Below, in pieces: positions 45,350 through 59,649 of a stretch of DNA of 64,000 nt (the first letter of the stretch is position 1; each line of letters starts with the position of its first letter). Under the pieces are notes generated by a model, which worked only from the letters and a program-made list of their open reading frames with translations, was not told the origin of the DNA and did not search any database. The stretch comes from the human T2T-CHM13v2.0 reference genome, Homo sapiens: assembly GCF_009914755.1 (NCBI RefSeq), contig NC_060932.1, one strand, 5' to 3'. The position numbers were made by a program, and so were the translations under genes.

Positions 45350-45735
45350 GTCTAATGGATCTACAACCAAAAACCCAGGTCTATTCCCAAGTAGCACAGC
45401 ACCTTAATCTTTTATTATTTTAGTCTTTTCTTTTGAAAATTGCTTAATAATAGTTAACCTCTTGAACATGAGTGAGGATAAAATGAGACAATAGATGCAA
45501 AATATCTAGGCACAGAGGCTGGCACCTAGGAGGACCTCGATGATGTTCATTTCCATCTTCCCTTACCATCCTCTCAAAAGTCACCATTTGTATTAGAGTA
45601 GAGCTGAATTTTGGATCCATGTTCATTTTAGCTTTATAGCCATGCTCTTTGCCCACCATGACACCACTTTCTGCAAGAAGGTCCCAGTGTAGGGAAAGAC
45701 TGAGCTGCAGACGACTTCACATACACAAATTGCCA

Positions 45736-46089
45736 GCTATGATCTGCCTTTCTGCATCACCCCAAGATTCATATGTTGAAACCTAATCTATAAGGTGATG
45801 GTAACAGAAGGTGGGGCCTTGGGAGGTGTTTAAGTCATGAAGGTGGAGCTCTCACAAATGGGATTAGTGCCCTTATAAAAGAAGCCCAACAGGTCCTTTG
45901 CCCCTTCCTCCACATGAGGGCACAGTGAACAGCCACCATCTATGAGGAATGGGCCTTCATCAGACACAGCAACTGCTGGAACCTTCATCTAGGACTTCCC
46001 AGCCTCCAGAACTATGAAAAATAACTTCGATCTTTCTAATCCTCCCAGTCTATGATATTTTTATTAGAGCACCCAAACAGACCAAGACA
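45736..46089 (+). mobile_element. MLT1A/A0-like LTR
   Basis: ttcatatgttgaaacctaat...gggattagtgcccttataaaaga...aaacagaccaagaca. Confidence 0.85.
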
Positions 46090-49000
46090 GTGCCCCACAT
46101 TATTAGGTGAGCACTCTAAGATATTCTTCTGATAGAGATAAGAGATTTATGCTAATCCAACATAACTTTTGAATTGATTTTCTGTTATGACAAAACAGAT
46201 GAAGTGTTTAAAAGGAATAACCAGGATTTACCATTAAAATGTGATTACAGAATTGAGCAATCTCCAATGTTGATCCAATTAGCACTCCTGCAGGTCCCAT
46301 GAATCATTAAATGGTTATTTTGAATGAAATACAAAATAAACAACAAAATGTTTTATTTTAGGGTCATCATGTTTTTATTACACAATGAGAATGTTCTCTA
46401 TCTTAGGACCATTTTTTAAAGACAATGTGTAACAGTGAAGCAAGCCAGAAATCTGTCTCAAATGGTAACAAGAAACAATCTAACCTCTGGGCTTTATAAG
46501 GAAAAGCATAACATGATGCACTAAGTGATTCTCTATTAATCAAGAGCCACAGAGGTGCCTGCAGATCTCCCTGTCACTTCCTTTGAAAAACACAAAAATC
46601 CACCTGTTAAGTTCAGCATACTCTTGAATAGAAAATAACTTTACTCTCAGCTGTCCACATCCTTTTCCTATATTTTATTATAAGAAAAGGGGAAGAAACA
46701 AGAAAAACATCCACTAATGATGGCAGCCTGGTTCTTCCCATTCCCTGGGCAGTGGTAACAATGTGAGGGATCTAGAGCACGAAGGATCTTGCTTGAGAGT
46801 AATTAAGTAATTAGAAACAGAAATAATTGACTTATGTGATACAGTGATGTCAACAAATCAACATTTCAAAACAACTCATTATCTACATAACCTTAACATC
46901 TCAGAACTCAAAAAAATCATTAAATTTTTACTTTGACTAAAACTTATCTTAACAGCATTTTAATCTTATTTCTTACCAATTACAGCATTGGAGAGGGGAG
47001 TATAATGATATGTATGTCGGGTGAGAGGGCTGAAAGAGAGAAAAAATTCCATACTACTTTTTTTTTTTTTTTGGTCCAAATAGCAACTAAGAGGAAAGAG
47101 TTTCTGGTTAGTGCCAAGGAAACCCAATGTGCAAGCTGACTGTCCTCTAAGCTTTCAAATAAGATAACCCATGATAATCTGGTATTCTGAGCTTTACCTC
47201 ATGTCCTCAATTACAAATGACAAGATCATTCCTGCTTCCAGACAAAGCTTTGCTCAGAGAAATGGGGACTTGACAATAGTTAAAAAGATCAGTGTTACTC
47301 AAAGTGCAGGGCTAACTAGTATAAGTCACAAAGAGACAAATGCAAAGCCTGAGAGTAAACATTTAGAAAGTTTTAGACCAATTTTAGGAAGTCTCATTCA
47401 TTACTGGTAGGACTGCAAAATGGTACAGTTAATTTTACAGAACAATTTTAAGTCTGTTCAATTTAATAATTAAGAAAAATCCTTTAGGTTTGTATCATTT
47501 TTAAAATTTTATTTTATGAATCATTTTTCTTAATTTACCAAGGTATCAGTCCTTGACAGATGCAAATTAAAACAAATATCAAGAAAACCAGTCTTTCATC
47601 ACAGCTAGTTTGAGAAGCATCACAATAAAACATCCCTCACAAATAGAATAGGCAAAGAGTAGTGCCTCAAAGGTACTTGCTGGCAGAAATAATTTACTGT
47701 GATCACAGATTACTTTTATCATGCTGAATAGGTAACTGATAATGCAGCTAAGTAGAGACAGCAGGACTTAGAACAAAAGCAAGTAAACACAAAAATTGAA
47801 AAAGAACAAATACTTAATAAGTCCTTTATAAATTCTGTGCTTACAGACTAATAGTCTGCCACTATATTCCACCATGATAGCATTTTCACTAGTTGAGAAC
47901 TACTGATATATTTTTCAGTATCCTTTTTGCCATTTAATATTTATAGTGAACTGTTGACTAGAGCCTCAATGGCCTTTAGGTAACAACTCAACAGTAGAAT
48001 TCTCTGGATGTCTTGATTCTTCAAGAAAAGTCTCAGTATAACTACCATATATCAAGCACCTAGTATGTATCTGGTACTGGCACATACTTAATGTATCATG
48101 GTTCAAAAAAATTAAATACTTTATTCAGGATAACAAAATGAGTAAGAGATGGAGCCTAGATTCAAATCCAGGAATGTTTGATGCTCTTGCCACTATATGA
48201 AGCTGCCTTTCATCAGAATAATGTGCAAATATAACTCTGAACTGAATCGCACTTATTTTGAATAGTATAAAACCTCAGTTGCTAACAAGAAGATCAACAG
48301 AAAGCAGGGAAACACTTTACGAAAAAAAGTTAAAATAATATGACAGTGACTCCTTATATACAACATCAAAAGCAGGTTCCATTTAAAAAATAAGAAATTG
48401 GACTTGATTAAAATTAAAAACTTCTCTTCTGCAAGGACACTGTTAAAAGACTAAAGATACAAGGCAAAAGCTAAGAGACAGTATTTTCAAAATATCCAAA
48501 ATATACAAAGAACTCTTACAATTCAATGATAAGAAAACAACCTAATTTTTTTAAATAGGCAAAATATCTTAACAGAAACCTAACCAAAGAAGATATATAA
48601 ATGGCAAATAAGCATATGAAAAGATACACAACATTCTATGTTATCAGGGAACTGAAAATTAAAACAATAAGTATCACTTCACACCTATTAGTATGGCTAA
48701 AATCCAAAACACTGACACCACCAAATGTTTTCAAGCATGTGAGAAAAAAGCAAGTCTCATTCATCGCTGGTAGGACTGCAAAATGGTACAGTCATTTTGG
48801 AAGACAGTTTGACAGTACTTTTACAAAACTAAACATACACTTACCATGTGATCCAGCAATGTTGCCCATGCATACTTACCCAAACGAGTTCAAAACTGAA
48901 GTCCACATAACATCCTGCACATAAATATTTTTAGCACCTTTATTCATAACTGCCAAAACTTGGAAGCCATCAAAATGTCTTTCATGTCTGTCAGTGAACA

Positions 49001-49294
49001 AACTGTGGTACATCTATGTAATTTAGAATAATTGAGTGATTAAAAAGAAGAGCTATCAAGCCTTGAAAAGACATGGAAAAACCTTAAAGGCATATTGCTG
49101 AGTGAAATAAGCCAATGTGAAAAGGCAGCACACAACATGACTCCAACCATATGACATTTTAAAGAAGGTAAAACTAGGGAGACGGTAAAAAAAAAAATCA
49201 GTGGTTGCCAAAGGTTAGGTAGGTAAGAGGGAGGGATGAATAGCAGAGGCCAGGATTTTTAGGGCCATGGAACTATTCTGTATGATACTGTAAC

Positions 49295-51627
49295 TGTATT
49301 AGTTCATTTTCATGCTGCTATGAAGACATACCCGAGACTGGGTAATTTATAAAGAAAAGAGGTTTAATTGACGCACAGTTCCACATAGCTGGGGAGGCCT
49401 CAGGAAAACTGACTATCATGATGGAAAGGGAAACAAACACATCCTTCTTCACATGACAACAGAACAGAGAAGTGCCAGCAGGGGAAATGCCAGACACTTA
49501 TAAAACCATCATATCTCATGAGAACTCACACACTATCATGAGAACATCATGAGGGAAATAACCCCCATGATCCAATCACTTCCCACCAGGTCCCTCCCAC
49601 CACATGGGGGGATTATGGGAACCACAATTCAAGATGAGATTTGGGTGGGGGAACAGCCAAACCATATCATTCTTCTGCTGGCCCCTCCCAAATCTCATCT
49701 TTCTCACATTCCAAAACACAATCATGCCTTTTCAACAGTCCCCCAAAGTCTTAGCTCATTCCAGTATTAACCCAAAAGTCCAAGTCCAAAGTCTCATCTG
49801 AGACAAGGCAAGTCCCTTCTGCCTATGAGCCTGTAAAATTAAAAGCAAGTTAGTTACTTCCTAGATACAATGAAGCTACAGGAATTGGGTAAATACACCC
49901 ATTCCAAATGGGAGAAACTGGCCAAAACAAAGGAGCTATGGGCCCCATGCAAGTCCAAAAACCAATAGGGCAGTCATTAAACATTAAAGTTCCAAAATAA
50001 TCTCTGTTGACTCCATGTCTCACATCCAGGTCATTCTGATCCAAGATGGCCTTCCATGGCCTTGGGCAGCTCCACTCCTGTGGCTTTGCAGGGTACAGCC
50101 CCCCTCCCAGTTGCTTTCATGGGCTGGCATTGAGTGTCTGGCTTTTCCAGGTGCTCAGTGCAAGCTGTCAGTGGATCTACCATTATGGGGTCTGGAGGAT
50201 GGTGGCCTCCTTCTCACAATTCCAATAGGCAATGCCCCAGGAGTGACTCTGTGTGGGGAATCCAACCCCACATTTCCCTTCTGCACTGCCCTAGCAAAGG
50301 TTCTCCATGAGGGCTCCACCCCTGTAACACACTTCTTCCTGGACATCCAGGTGTTTACATACATCCTCTGTAATCTAGGCAGAGATTCCCAAATCTCAAT
50401 TCTTGACTTCTGTGCACCCACAGGCTCAACACCACATGGAAGCTGCCAAAACTTGAGGCTTGCACCCTCTGAAGCAATGGCCCTAGCTGTGCTTTGGCCC
50501 CTTTTAGCTACAGCTGGAGCTGAGGCATCTGGGACACAGGGCATGATGTCCTAGGCTGCACAGAGCAGTGGGGCAGGGGTTAGGCCTGGACTATGAAACC
50601 GTTTTTCCCTCCTAGGCCTCTGGGCCTGTGATGGGAGGGGCTGCCATGAAGGTCTCCAACGCCCTGCAGACATTTTCCCCACTGTGTTGGTGATTAACAT
50701 TCAGCTCCTCCTTACTTATGCAAATTTCTGTGGCAGGCTTGAGTTTCTCTAAAATGTTTTTTCTTTTCTATCACATTGTCAGGCTGCAAACTTTCCAAAC
50801 TTTTATGCTCTGCTTCCTCTTGAACACATTGCCACTTAGAAATTTCTTCCACCAGATACCCTAGATCATCTCTTCCAAGTTCAAAGTTCCACAGATCTCT
50901 GGGGCCGGGGCAAAATGCCACCAGACTCTCTGCATAGCAAGCATGACCTTTACTCCAGTTCCCAACAAGTTCCTCATCTCCATCTGAGACCACATCAGCC
51001 TGGACTTTATTGTTCATATCACTATGAGCATTTTGGTCAAAGACATTCAGCAAGTCTCTAGAAAGTTCCAAACTTTCCCACATCTTCCTGTCTTCAAAGC
51101 CCTCCAAGTCTCTAAGAAGTTCCAAACTTTCCCACATTTTCCTGTATTTTTCTGAGCCTTCCAAACTGTTCCACCCTCTATCTGTTACCCAGTTCCAAAG
51201 TTGCTTCCATATTTTTGGGAATCTGTATAGCAGTGCCCCACTCCCTTGGAGCCAATCTACTGTATTAGTCCATTTTCACACTGCTATTAAGACATACCCA
51301 AGACTGGCTAATTTATTTAAAAAATAGGTTTAATTGACTAACAGTTCTGCATGGCTGGGGGGCCTCAGGAAACTTACACACATGGCTGAAGGGGAAGCAA
51401 ATATGTCCTTCTTTATGTGGCGGCAAGAGAGAGAAGTGCCAGCAGGAGAAATATCAGATGCTTAGAAAACTATCAGATCTCATGAGTACTCACTATCAAG
51501 AGAATAGCATGAGGGAAACCAGCCCCAAGATCCAATCACTTCCCACTGGGTTCTTCTCATGACACATGGGGATTATGGGAACTACAATTCAAGATGAGAT
51601 TTGGGTTGGGGCACAACCAAACCATCA
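49295..51627 (-). mobile_element. Full-length THE1D-like MaLR (LTR 49295-49669, internal 49670-51260, LTR 51261-51627)
   Basis: Two similar LTRs containing gaagtgccagcagg(g/a)gaaat, flanking ~1.6 kb THE1-int sequence. Confidence 0.9.
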
Positions 51628-51815
51628 TTAGACATTTGTCAAAACCCACAGAATGTAAAACACAGAAAGAACCCTAATGTAAAGCATGAACTTTAGTTAA
51701 CAATGATGTATCAATATTGACTTCTCAATTGTAATAGATGGACCACACTAACACAAGGTGTTAATAGTAAGGGAATTGAAGGAGTGGGCAGCGAGAGGTA
51801 GGGGTGAAGGGAGTA

Positions 51816-52411
51816 CAGCAGGTCCCCAGATACCATTGTTTTTCATTCAATGTCATTTTGTGATAACTTGATGAGAAAAAAATATCACTTCAACCAGGGG
51901 GCAATATCTGTGTGGAGTTTGTTCATTCACCCCAGGTCTGCATGGGTGTTCTCCAGGTACTCTGATATTTTTCTCACATCCCAGAGCTGTGCACCTGAGG
52001 TTCGTTGCTGTGCCTAAATGGTCTCCATCTAGGGGACTGTGGGTTTCTGTGAGTGGCCCGTGTGATGGGTGCTGTCCTGTCAAGGGCTGGCTCCTGCCAT
52101 GCACCCACAGTTGCCAGGAGAGGGTCTGGCCACCTGAGACCCTGAACTGGAATAATTGGGTAAATAATAATCTTACTTGTTTTTATTCATCTTTCTTAAA
52201 TGTATGTATATATCACATTTATTTCAATGTTTAAAATTACAAGTGTTTTTGGTCCTTATTTAGAAATTTTGTGAGGTTTTGTGACCAGAAATATGCTATA
52301 GGAACTTAACTCTTGTTTATATCAATTAGCCTACTGTAGAATATACAGTGTCTTGCTTAAAGTTGCAGTTTCCACCCAAGAATCCAGATGATGTTAAGTG
52401 AGGACTTACTG
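51816..52411 (+). mobile_element. MER6A-like DNA transposon (TcMar-Tigger)
   Basis: ta|cagcaggtcc ... gttaagtgaggacttactg|ta; internal tctgtgtggagtttg...tctgcatgggtgttctccaggtactc. Confidence 0.85.
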
Positions 52412-52416
52412 TATAG

Positions 52417-52777
<361 letters not shown>

Positions 52778-53076
52778 TAAGAAAAAAAGTTTATTTTAAA
52801 ACAAAAATGTATATGATTCATAACCATACATCTCAAAATTTTTCTGTGCTCATGACTACTTTTCATGTCAATCATGAGAAATTTTGAGAATATTCCACTG
52901 TATAAGTAAAAAGCCACTCATCCATATCTAGGATCTTGATAAGGCAGTAAGAGTCCCAGTGTTTTACTATCTGACTTATAATTCATACCTACTCCAAACT
53001 GGGAATTTCCCTCTAACTACAAGCAAGCCTTTGCACTCAGAAGATGACTGTGGGCATGCCCTCCACTTCTTCAATG

Positions 53077-53269
53077 CAGCGGTTCTCTACCCTCACCCAG
53101 AGGATATTTGACAATATCTGAGGACATTCATTATTTTCATGGAAGGGGAGGGTGTGCAACAAGCATCCAATAGATAGAAGCAAGGAATGCTGCTAAATAT
53201 TCTACTGCAAAGGACAGCACCCACTACAAAGAATCATCCAGCCCCAAATTTCCAGGTTGAGAAACCCTA
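53077..53269. mobile_element. MER20 (hAT-Charlie)
   Basis: cagcggttctc ... ggaatgctgctaaatattctac ... ggttgagaaaccct. Confidence 0.85.
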
Positions 53270-54282
53270 CTTCAATGTAACACACAGTGCCAAGATGACC
53301 CACTGCTTGTGCAGGTGGTGAATCGCCACTCCAGATGTTTAAATAAATCCACATCTCCATCTGGGGACACAAATGAACCTGCAATGCATAAGAAAAGTTT
53401 CAACAAGAAAAAGATGTCAAAGACTGAACTCAGAAGAGGAAGCCTCAGCACCTGACATTTCTCAGATTATCTCAGAGAGAATCCTTCCTTCAACATGATT
53501 CAAAGGATCCATGAACTGTGGTGACCACTGAGCAGTCTACGGAACCTAGCTGAGTCACATTTGTCAACTACAAAATGGAAATGACAGTTACTAGATAGAT
53601 GTAAGAATCAAAGCACGTGAGAAATGTGAACACATTTTGAAAAGTGTGAGGTCCTATTTACACAAACAAGCAATAACCAAATCTTCTCTGAATAACATTA
53701 AGGCTAGAAGACCCCAAATCCTGTCATTTCTAATTTCCAATGTTTGATCTTCTGGGCCAACACCATACCCCACATTCAGGATCAGTGTTCTTTCCTTATC
53801 ATTATCACTTGAGCAAAATAATAAGGAAAGTTCACTTCCACCTAAAGGCAAGCTTGAAAATCCATAGGAATAAGGCAGCCAAAGGACCCTAGGAGATTAC
53901 ATTTAAAATACTAAAAGGAAAAAATCTGAAACTCATTTACTCTGTGGTGTGAGTGTCCAGTGAGAAAAGTCGAAAGCTCCTTGCCCCAAGATCAATGTGT
54001 TTTAGTAGGAATCAAAGCCTAAAGCTAAAGGAAGGACATGCTTAGCTGTATGAGAGAGGGGTGCTTTGAAATACAATATGCTTTTTATTCTTTAAGCCAT
54101 AAGTTATCTATTTTCAACTTTCCATAAGGTCACAATGCCTGCCTAAATCATGAATTAATCAAAACGTTTAACTAACCATCACTCCTATTCCTCCAATGTG
54201 CCCAAGAGTGTTTACAATATCTGATTAGTAGAAATAAAAATCTTAGACTCACATAAGAAGAATCTATTTTTTCAAATGATGC

Positions 54283-54751
54283 TGTTATGGGTTGAATCAT
54301 GACCCCTCAAAACTCATATGTTGAAATCCTAACCTCTAGTACCTCAGAATGTTATTGTAATTGGAAATAGCATCATTACAGATATAATTAGTTAAGATGT
54401 GGTCCTACTGCAGTAGGGTGGGCCCCTAAAACAATATAACTAGTATCCATACAAAGAGGGGAAATGTAGACACAGACACAAACACAGGGAGAATTCTGTG
54501 TGAAGATAAAAGCAGAGTTCAGGGTTAAGCTTCCACAAGCCATGATATAACATAGAGTCCAGAAAATCACCAAAAACTGGGCAAGAGGCATGGAACAGAA
54601 TCTCTCTCTCAACCCACAGAAGAAAGCAACCCAGTAAACACCTTGATCTTAGACTTCTAGCCTCTAGGATATGAGACAATAAATTTCTATTGTTTAGACC
54701 ACTCAGTTTGTGTGTGGTATTTTGTTAGAGCAGCCCTAACAAACTATTACA
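54283..54751 (+). mobile_element. MLT1C-like solo LTR
   Basis: tgttatgggttgaat ... gcagccctaacaaactattaca. Confidence 0.87.
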
Positions 54752-54801
54752 GGTGACTATCAAGCAAAAGCTTTAATAAGGTCATTATTGATATCAAAAG
54801 G

Positions 54802-56725
54802 TATGGTAGGGAGAATAATGGCCCTCAAATGTCCATGTCCTAATTCTTGAAGCCTATGAATTTGGTGCTATACATGTCAAAAGGGACTTTACAGATGTGA
54901 TTTAAATTAAGGATCTTGAGATGAGAACATTGTCCTGGATTATCAGCACGGGCCCGAGGTAATCACAAGAGTCCTTATAAGAGGGGAGTGGAAATGTCAG
55001 CGTAGGAGAGAGATTTAGAGATGCCATGTTGCTGGTTTTGAAAACGGGGGAAGGGCCCATGACCTAGGTCTTGGTGGCCTCCAGACGCTGGAAAAGTCAA
55101 AGAAATGAATTCTTTGTGAGAGCCCCCAAAAGGGATACAGCCCTTGCTCATGCTTTGACATTAGCCCAGGAGGACTTCTAACCTCCAGAACTGTAAGAGA
55201 AGAAATTCTCTGTTGTTTTAAGCCACTAAATTAGTGGTAATTTGTTATAGTAACATTAGAAAACTAATATAGATTTGTGGTACCTGGAAGTAGTGTGCTG
55301 CTGTAACAAATACCTAAAAATGTAGAATTGGCTTTGGAGTTGGGTAATGGGCAAATGCTAAAAGAATTCTGAGGAGAATGGTAGAAAACTATTTACTGGA
55401 ACAAATGGTTAGTAGAAATCTGGACGTCAACAACCCCCTTGGTGAGAGGTCAGAAAGAATTAAGTAAGGGGTATGGTAAAGAACATATCTTAAAAAATAG
55501 TTAAATCATCAAAAATAAACAGTAGAAATAGGAAATGTTAAAGGCACTGCTGGTGAAGGCTCACATGAAATGAAGAACTAAGGAATGTGTTATTGGAAAA
55601 TGGAGTAAAAGGGATCCTTATATAAAGTTGCAGAACTCATAGCTCTATTGTGTCCTAGAGTTATGTGGAAAACAAAACTTGTAAATGATGAACTTAGATA
55701 TTTAGCTGAGGAGATTTCCAAGCAAAGTGTTGAAAGGTTAGCTTAAATTTTTTTCTCACTATTTATAATAAAATGTGAAAGGAAAGAGAGAGATTAAGAG
55801 AAGAACTGTTAGGCAAAAAGGAACCAGGAATTGATGATTTGGGAAATCGTCCACCTATCCAGATTGCAGAAGGCACTAATATTAGGAGATTACTAATATT
55901 AAAAGCACTAATATTACTGCGAGGAAACAGTGCTCTGCATAGACAGCTAAGGGCATAGCTGGACAACTTTTGCTAGCGGTGGGAAGAATCAGAAACCCAG
56001 TTCAACCCATCATACATACTCATTCATTTGTACTGAGTATTTAATCAATTGTTGAAAAGATTAGGGAATAATCTTTTCAATGACTAATAGTTGCCCTCAA
56101 CCATGTCAGCAGAAGCCAGGATTAGAGATGGGATTATCCAGAAAAGATCTGGAGAAACAAATCTCTCAGGAGTGAATCTCTGTGACACACAGGGGAGGCC
56201 CACAGAGTTCTTTGGAATTTTACCCCCAAGATGGATCATACACAGATCCTCGCAAATACGTGATTGTGATGATTTAGATGATGAGATCTGGAACTCTTAA
56301 ACAGATGAGATTTTGGACTTTGAGCTGATACTGTAAACGGGTTAAGAATTTTGGGTCTATTTGGGATGGAGTGAATGCATTTTTTTTAATGTAGGATGGA
56401 CATGAATTTTGGGGGCTCAGAGGGAAGACTTTGTAAGGCAGAATATGTGATTAAGTTAAGGATCGTGACAAGAGGATATTATCCTAAACTACCTATGTGG
56501 GCCTGGTGTAATCACAACTGTCCTCATAAGAGAGAGGAAGGGTGTCAGAGTAGAAGCAAGAGATTTGAATTTAAGTGGCACCTAGAAACTGAGAGAGGCA
56601 AGGAAATGTATTCTCTCCTAGACGGTCCAGAAGGAATACAGCCTTGACAGCACCCTGCATTTAGCTCACTAAGGTCTATTTTGGGTCTCACATCCAGAAT
56701 TGTAAGTTAAAAATAAAATCTGTTA
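54802..56725 (+). mobile_element. MLT1D-like element: LTR (54802-55271), internal region, degraded second LTR (~56430-56725)
   Basis: gagaataatggcc...aaactaatata, then MLT1-int (gctgtaacaaatacctaaaaatgt; gatatttagctgaggagatttccaagcaaagtgttg), then gtgattaagttaaggatc. Confidence 0.8.
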
Positions 56726-57399
56726 TCACCCCCTCTCCATCATATTTTCTGTAAATACTTTCCCCTCTTCATTATAAATCTTTTAATTCTGGTTTAAGTG
56801 TCTTATTTTAAAAAGATTTTATTTAATCCATTTTTCATTTATTTAAAGAATTTAAACATCTTATATTTATTTTAATTGTTTCAGAAAAACTATTTTTTTT
56901 CATTTTTGTAGGGATTGAGCAAGTAAGGAAAGAATGGAGACATCTTTGTTTTCATGTTTGTCTTTTGCAATGTAGATTATTTTTATATGTTATCTTCAAC
57001 AACAATTTGGGAAGTGGGTATCTGTACCTAAGTCTATTATGATACACAGTGATTTAAAAATATATCTCATTATTGGACAAAAACATGTTATTAATGACTT
57101 GCTGTAGATGAACTGCATTTCGTAACACATCCAGTTCTAAGTAAGAAGTCTTCTATGGGAAGGACTACCCATAAGGCTGGTCCTTCCAATGGAAATGATA
57201 ATTTAAAACACTTTAAACATTTTTCTCAAAGTTTATTTTAAATAAAATATTAAAATAAAATTTTAAATGTATTATTCTTTCTGTTTGTAAAAGAATACAT
57301 ATTTATTGATATCAACTTAAAGATACATATAAGCATAACAAAGAAAAGAAAAACCATCCCATAGAAATATGTCACCTAGATATAACCACTGGTAAATGT

Positions 57400-58850
57400 C
57401 TTACATAGAATTTGGATTCCAGAAATGGCAAAGTTGCTTGAACCAACCTAGCATTTCCACAGAAAACAAAATACGAAACAAAAAAAAAAAACAATCAACC
57501 AATTTATACTTGCTGAAGAATAGGCAAAAGAAGGCAGATATCAGAAGGGAGGCAACCCTTAAAGAACAGACCAATATTGAGTGAGGTCCAGGGGTGGACA
57601 GGATTGCCCCTGAGGGCAGCTGGAACTCAAGGAAAAAGCCACAATATTATCAGCATGGGGTGTCAGAGTTTGGGGCTACTGAAGTGGCTGGCAATCAAGG
57701 AGAAAAATCTAGAAAAGAAGGAGGCACTTCAGAAATCTCTATATATACACCCCTCAAATTCTTGGCCAACCCTGGACATGTGCATCTTCAGGGAAGACCC
57801 CAAAAAGCCCAGCGGAAGGGATCTGCTGGAAGTCTGCACAGAGGCTTCAGCCACTGCCCACCACTGGGGTGACAGAGTTTAGGGTTTGAATTTCATCTGC
57901 CTTAGTCAATTCAGACTGCTATTGCAAAATACCATAAACTTAATGACTTATAAACAGCAGAGATTTATCTCTCACAGTTCTGGAGCCTGGGAAGTCCAAG
58001 ATCAAGGCACAAGCACATTCAGTATCTGATGAGGGCCCACTTCCTGGTTCATAAATGGCCATCTTCTTGCTGTGTCCTCACATGGACAAAGGGGCAAGGG
58101 AGCCCTTTGGGATCTCTTTTATAAGGACACTAATCTCATCTATGAAGGCATTGCCCTAATGATCTAATTATAACCCAAAGACCCCACTGCTTAATACCAT
58201 CACCTTGGGAGTTAGGATTTCAACATATGAATTTTAGAGGGGAAGCAAACGTTCAAACCATAGCATCACCAAAGAAGAGAGAATCTGTAAATATCTCAAG
58301 CTTTTCATAGATTCACCTTGACAAAGAGTAAAACTAAGCTTCCATGAGTTCAGAATAATTAGCCAGAAATGTATCTGCGTGCTAAAACAAAAATCAACAC
58401 TTCATAGGAAAAAAACAAAATCCAAAATCCAGAAAGATAGTGCTTCCAATCAATAGACTGGCATTATTAAATACTGGCAAGGATGTGGAGCAACGTAAAC
58501 CCTCATGTATTACTGGCGGAAGTGTTCAGAAAAAAAAAAGCAACAATTACTTCGAAAAGTGTCAATTTTCCGAAATGGTTGTGGATAGAAAACTCTATAT
58601 TCTATGCCCCTCAATCTTCTCTCAATCAATATGTTATATATATTACAAACCACAATTAAATAGAATGAATGAACTAATGATAGATACAACAACATGAGTG
58701 AATCTTAAAATCATTATGTTGAGAGAAATAAGTTATACGCAAAAAAGGATACTGTATAATCCCATTTATATGAAGTTTGAGAATGAGCAAAACTGACTCA
58801 GAACTCGGGTAGGAACTGACTAGAAAGGAGTGTAAAATATTTTCCTCTTT
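57400..58850 (+). mobile_element. Old L1M fragments (5' region and L1ME-type 3' part)
   Basis: ggcaaggatgtggagcaac; acaacatgagtgaatcttaaaatcattatgttgag. Confidence 0.6.
57898..58265 (-). mobile_element. MLT1A0-like solo LTR
   Basis: tgccttagtc ... ttcaaaccatagca; TSD tcatc/tcacc. Confidence 0.88.
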
Positions 58851-59340
58851 CTCCGCCAGGCTCAGTTTCCATAAGGAGAGTGGCCCAGGCCCTCCTCTTC
58901 TCCATCAAACCCTTTCATCAGGCGATCTCAACTTGTTCTTGCTTTAATTCCCACTTCACATTTATGGCTTTCACAAATATGTATCCTGCCTGGACCTCTC
59001 CCCTGAGCTTTTGGTGCTCACTGCCTATTTAACATAACCCAAAGAGAATTATTGATTTCCTCAATTCTCCCAAACCTTCCCTATCTAAGGAAATGATATT
59101 ACCGTTCACTAAATAATCAGACAAAAAACCCAAAACCAAAAAAAAGGGAAACAAAACTTCTAAGCTTCATTGTTGATTCCCATCTCTCTCACACATCATG
59201 TTCAGTCCATTAGTAAATTATGTTGACTCTGCTGTCAAAAATGTATCCTGATTCTAACCACCTTCCATCAACCCCACAGTCACAACCCTAGGCTAAGCCA
59301 CTGTCATCTCTCCTGACAAGTACTGCAATGGCATCTGTGA
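58850..59340 (+). mobile_element. L2 fragment
   Basis: gacctctcccctgagct...aagccactgtcatctctcctg. Confidence 0.65.
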
Positions 59341-59649
59341 TTGACAGTCTCACCAGATAATATCCAACAAGGGAAAAGACAATTTCACAAAAGGAAATCA
59401 AAGTACTGTAGCCAAAAGAGGTGGAATTGGTAAGTGTCTGAAGGCAACAAATGACCTCTGAATTGATTTTTACCGATTGTTAAAAATTTTTTTACCATTT
59501 TTATAGGTAATATTTAAATTTTTACTTTGGAACATCTGGCATTCCTATACTATGCAATATTACAAACTTTTCAGCCATAATTGTTCAAAAGATGAAAATG
59601 GAATGAGAATAAAAATGTAATCTATGTATGTATAAAAATCTCTCAATGT

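Noticed and set aside
50015-51164. 129-179-aa ORFs in the THE1D internal region
   Set aside because: Fragments or antisense frames of the decayed MaLR internal ORF; not a host gene.
51045-51165. ~54-bp tandem duplication inside THE1D-int
   Set aside because: I recall it as a feature of the subfamily consensus, so it is probably not locus-specific.
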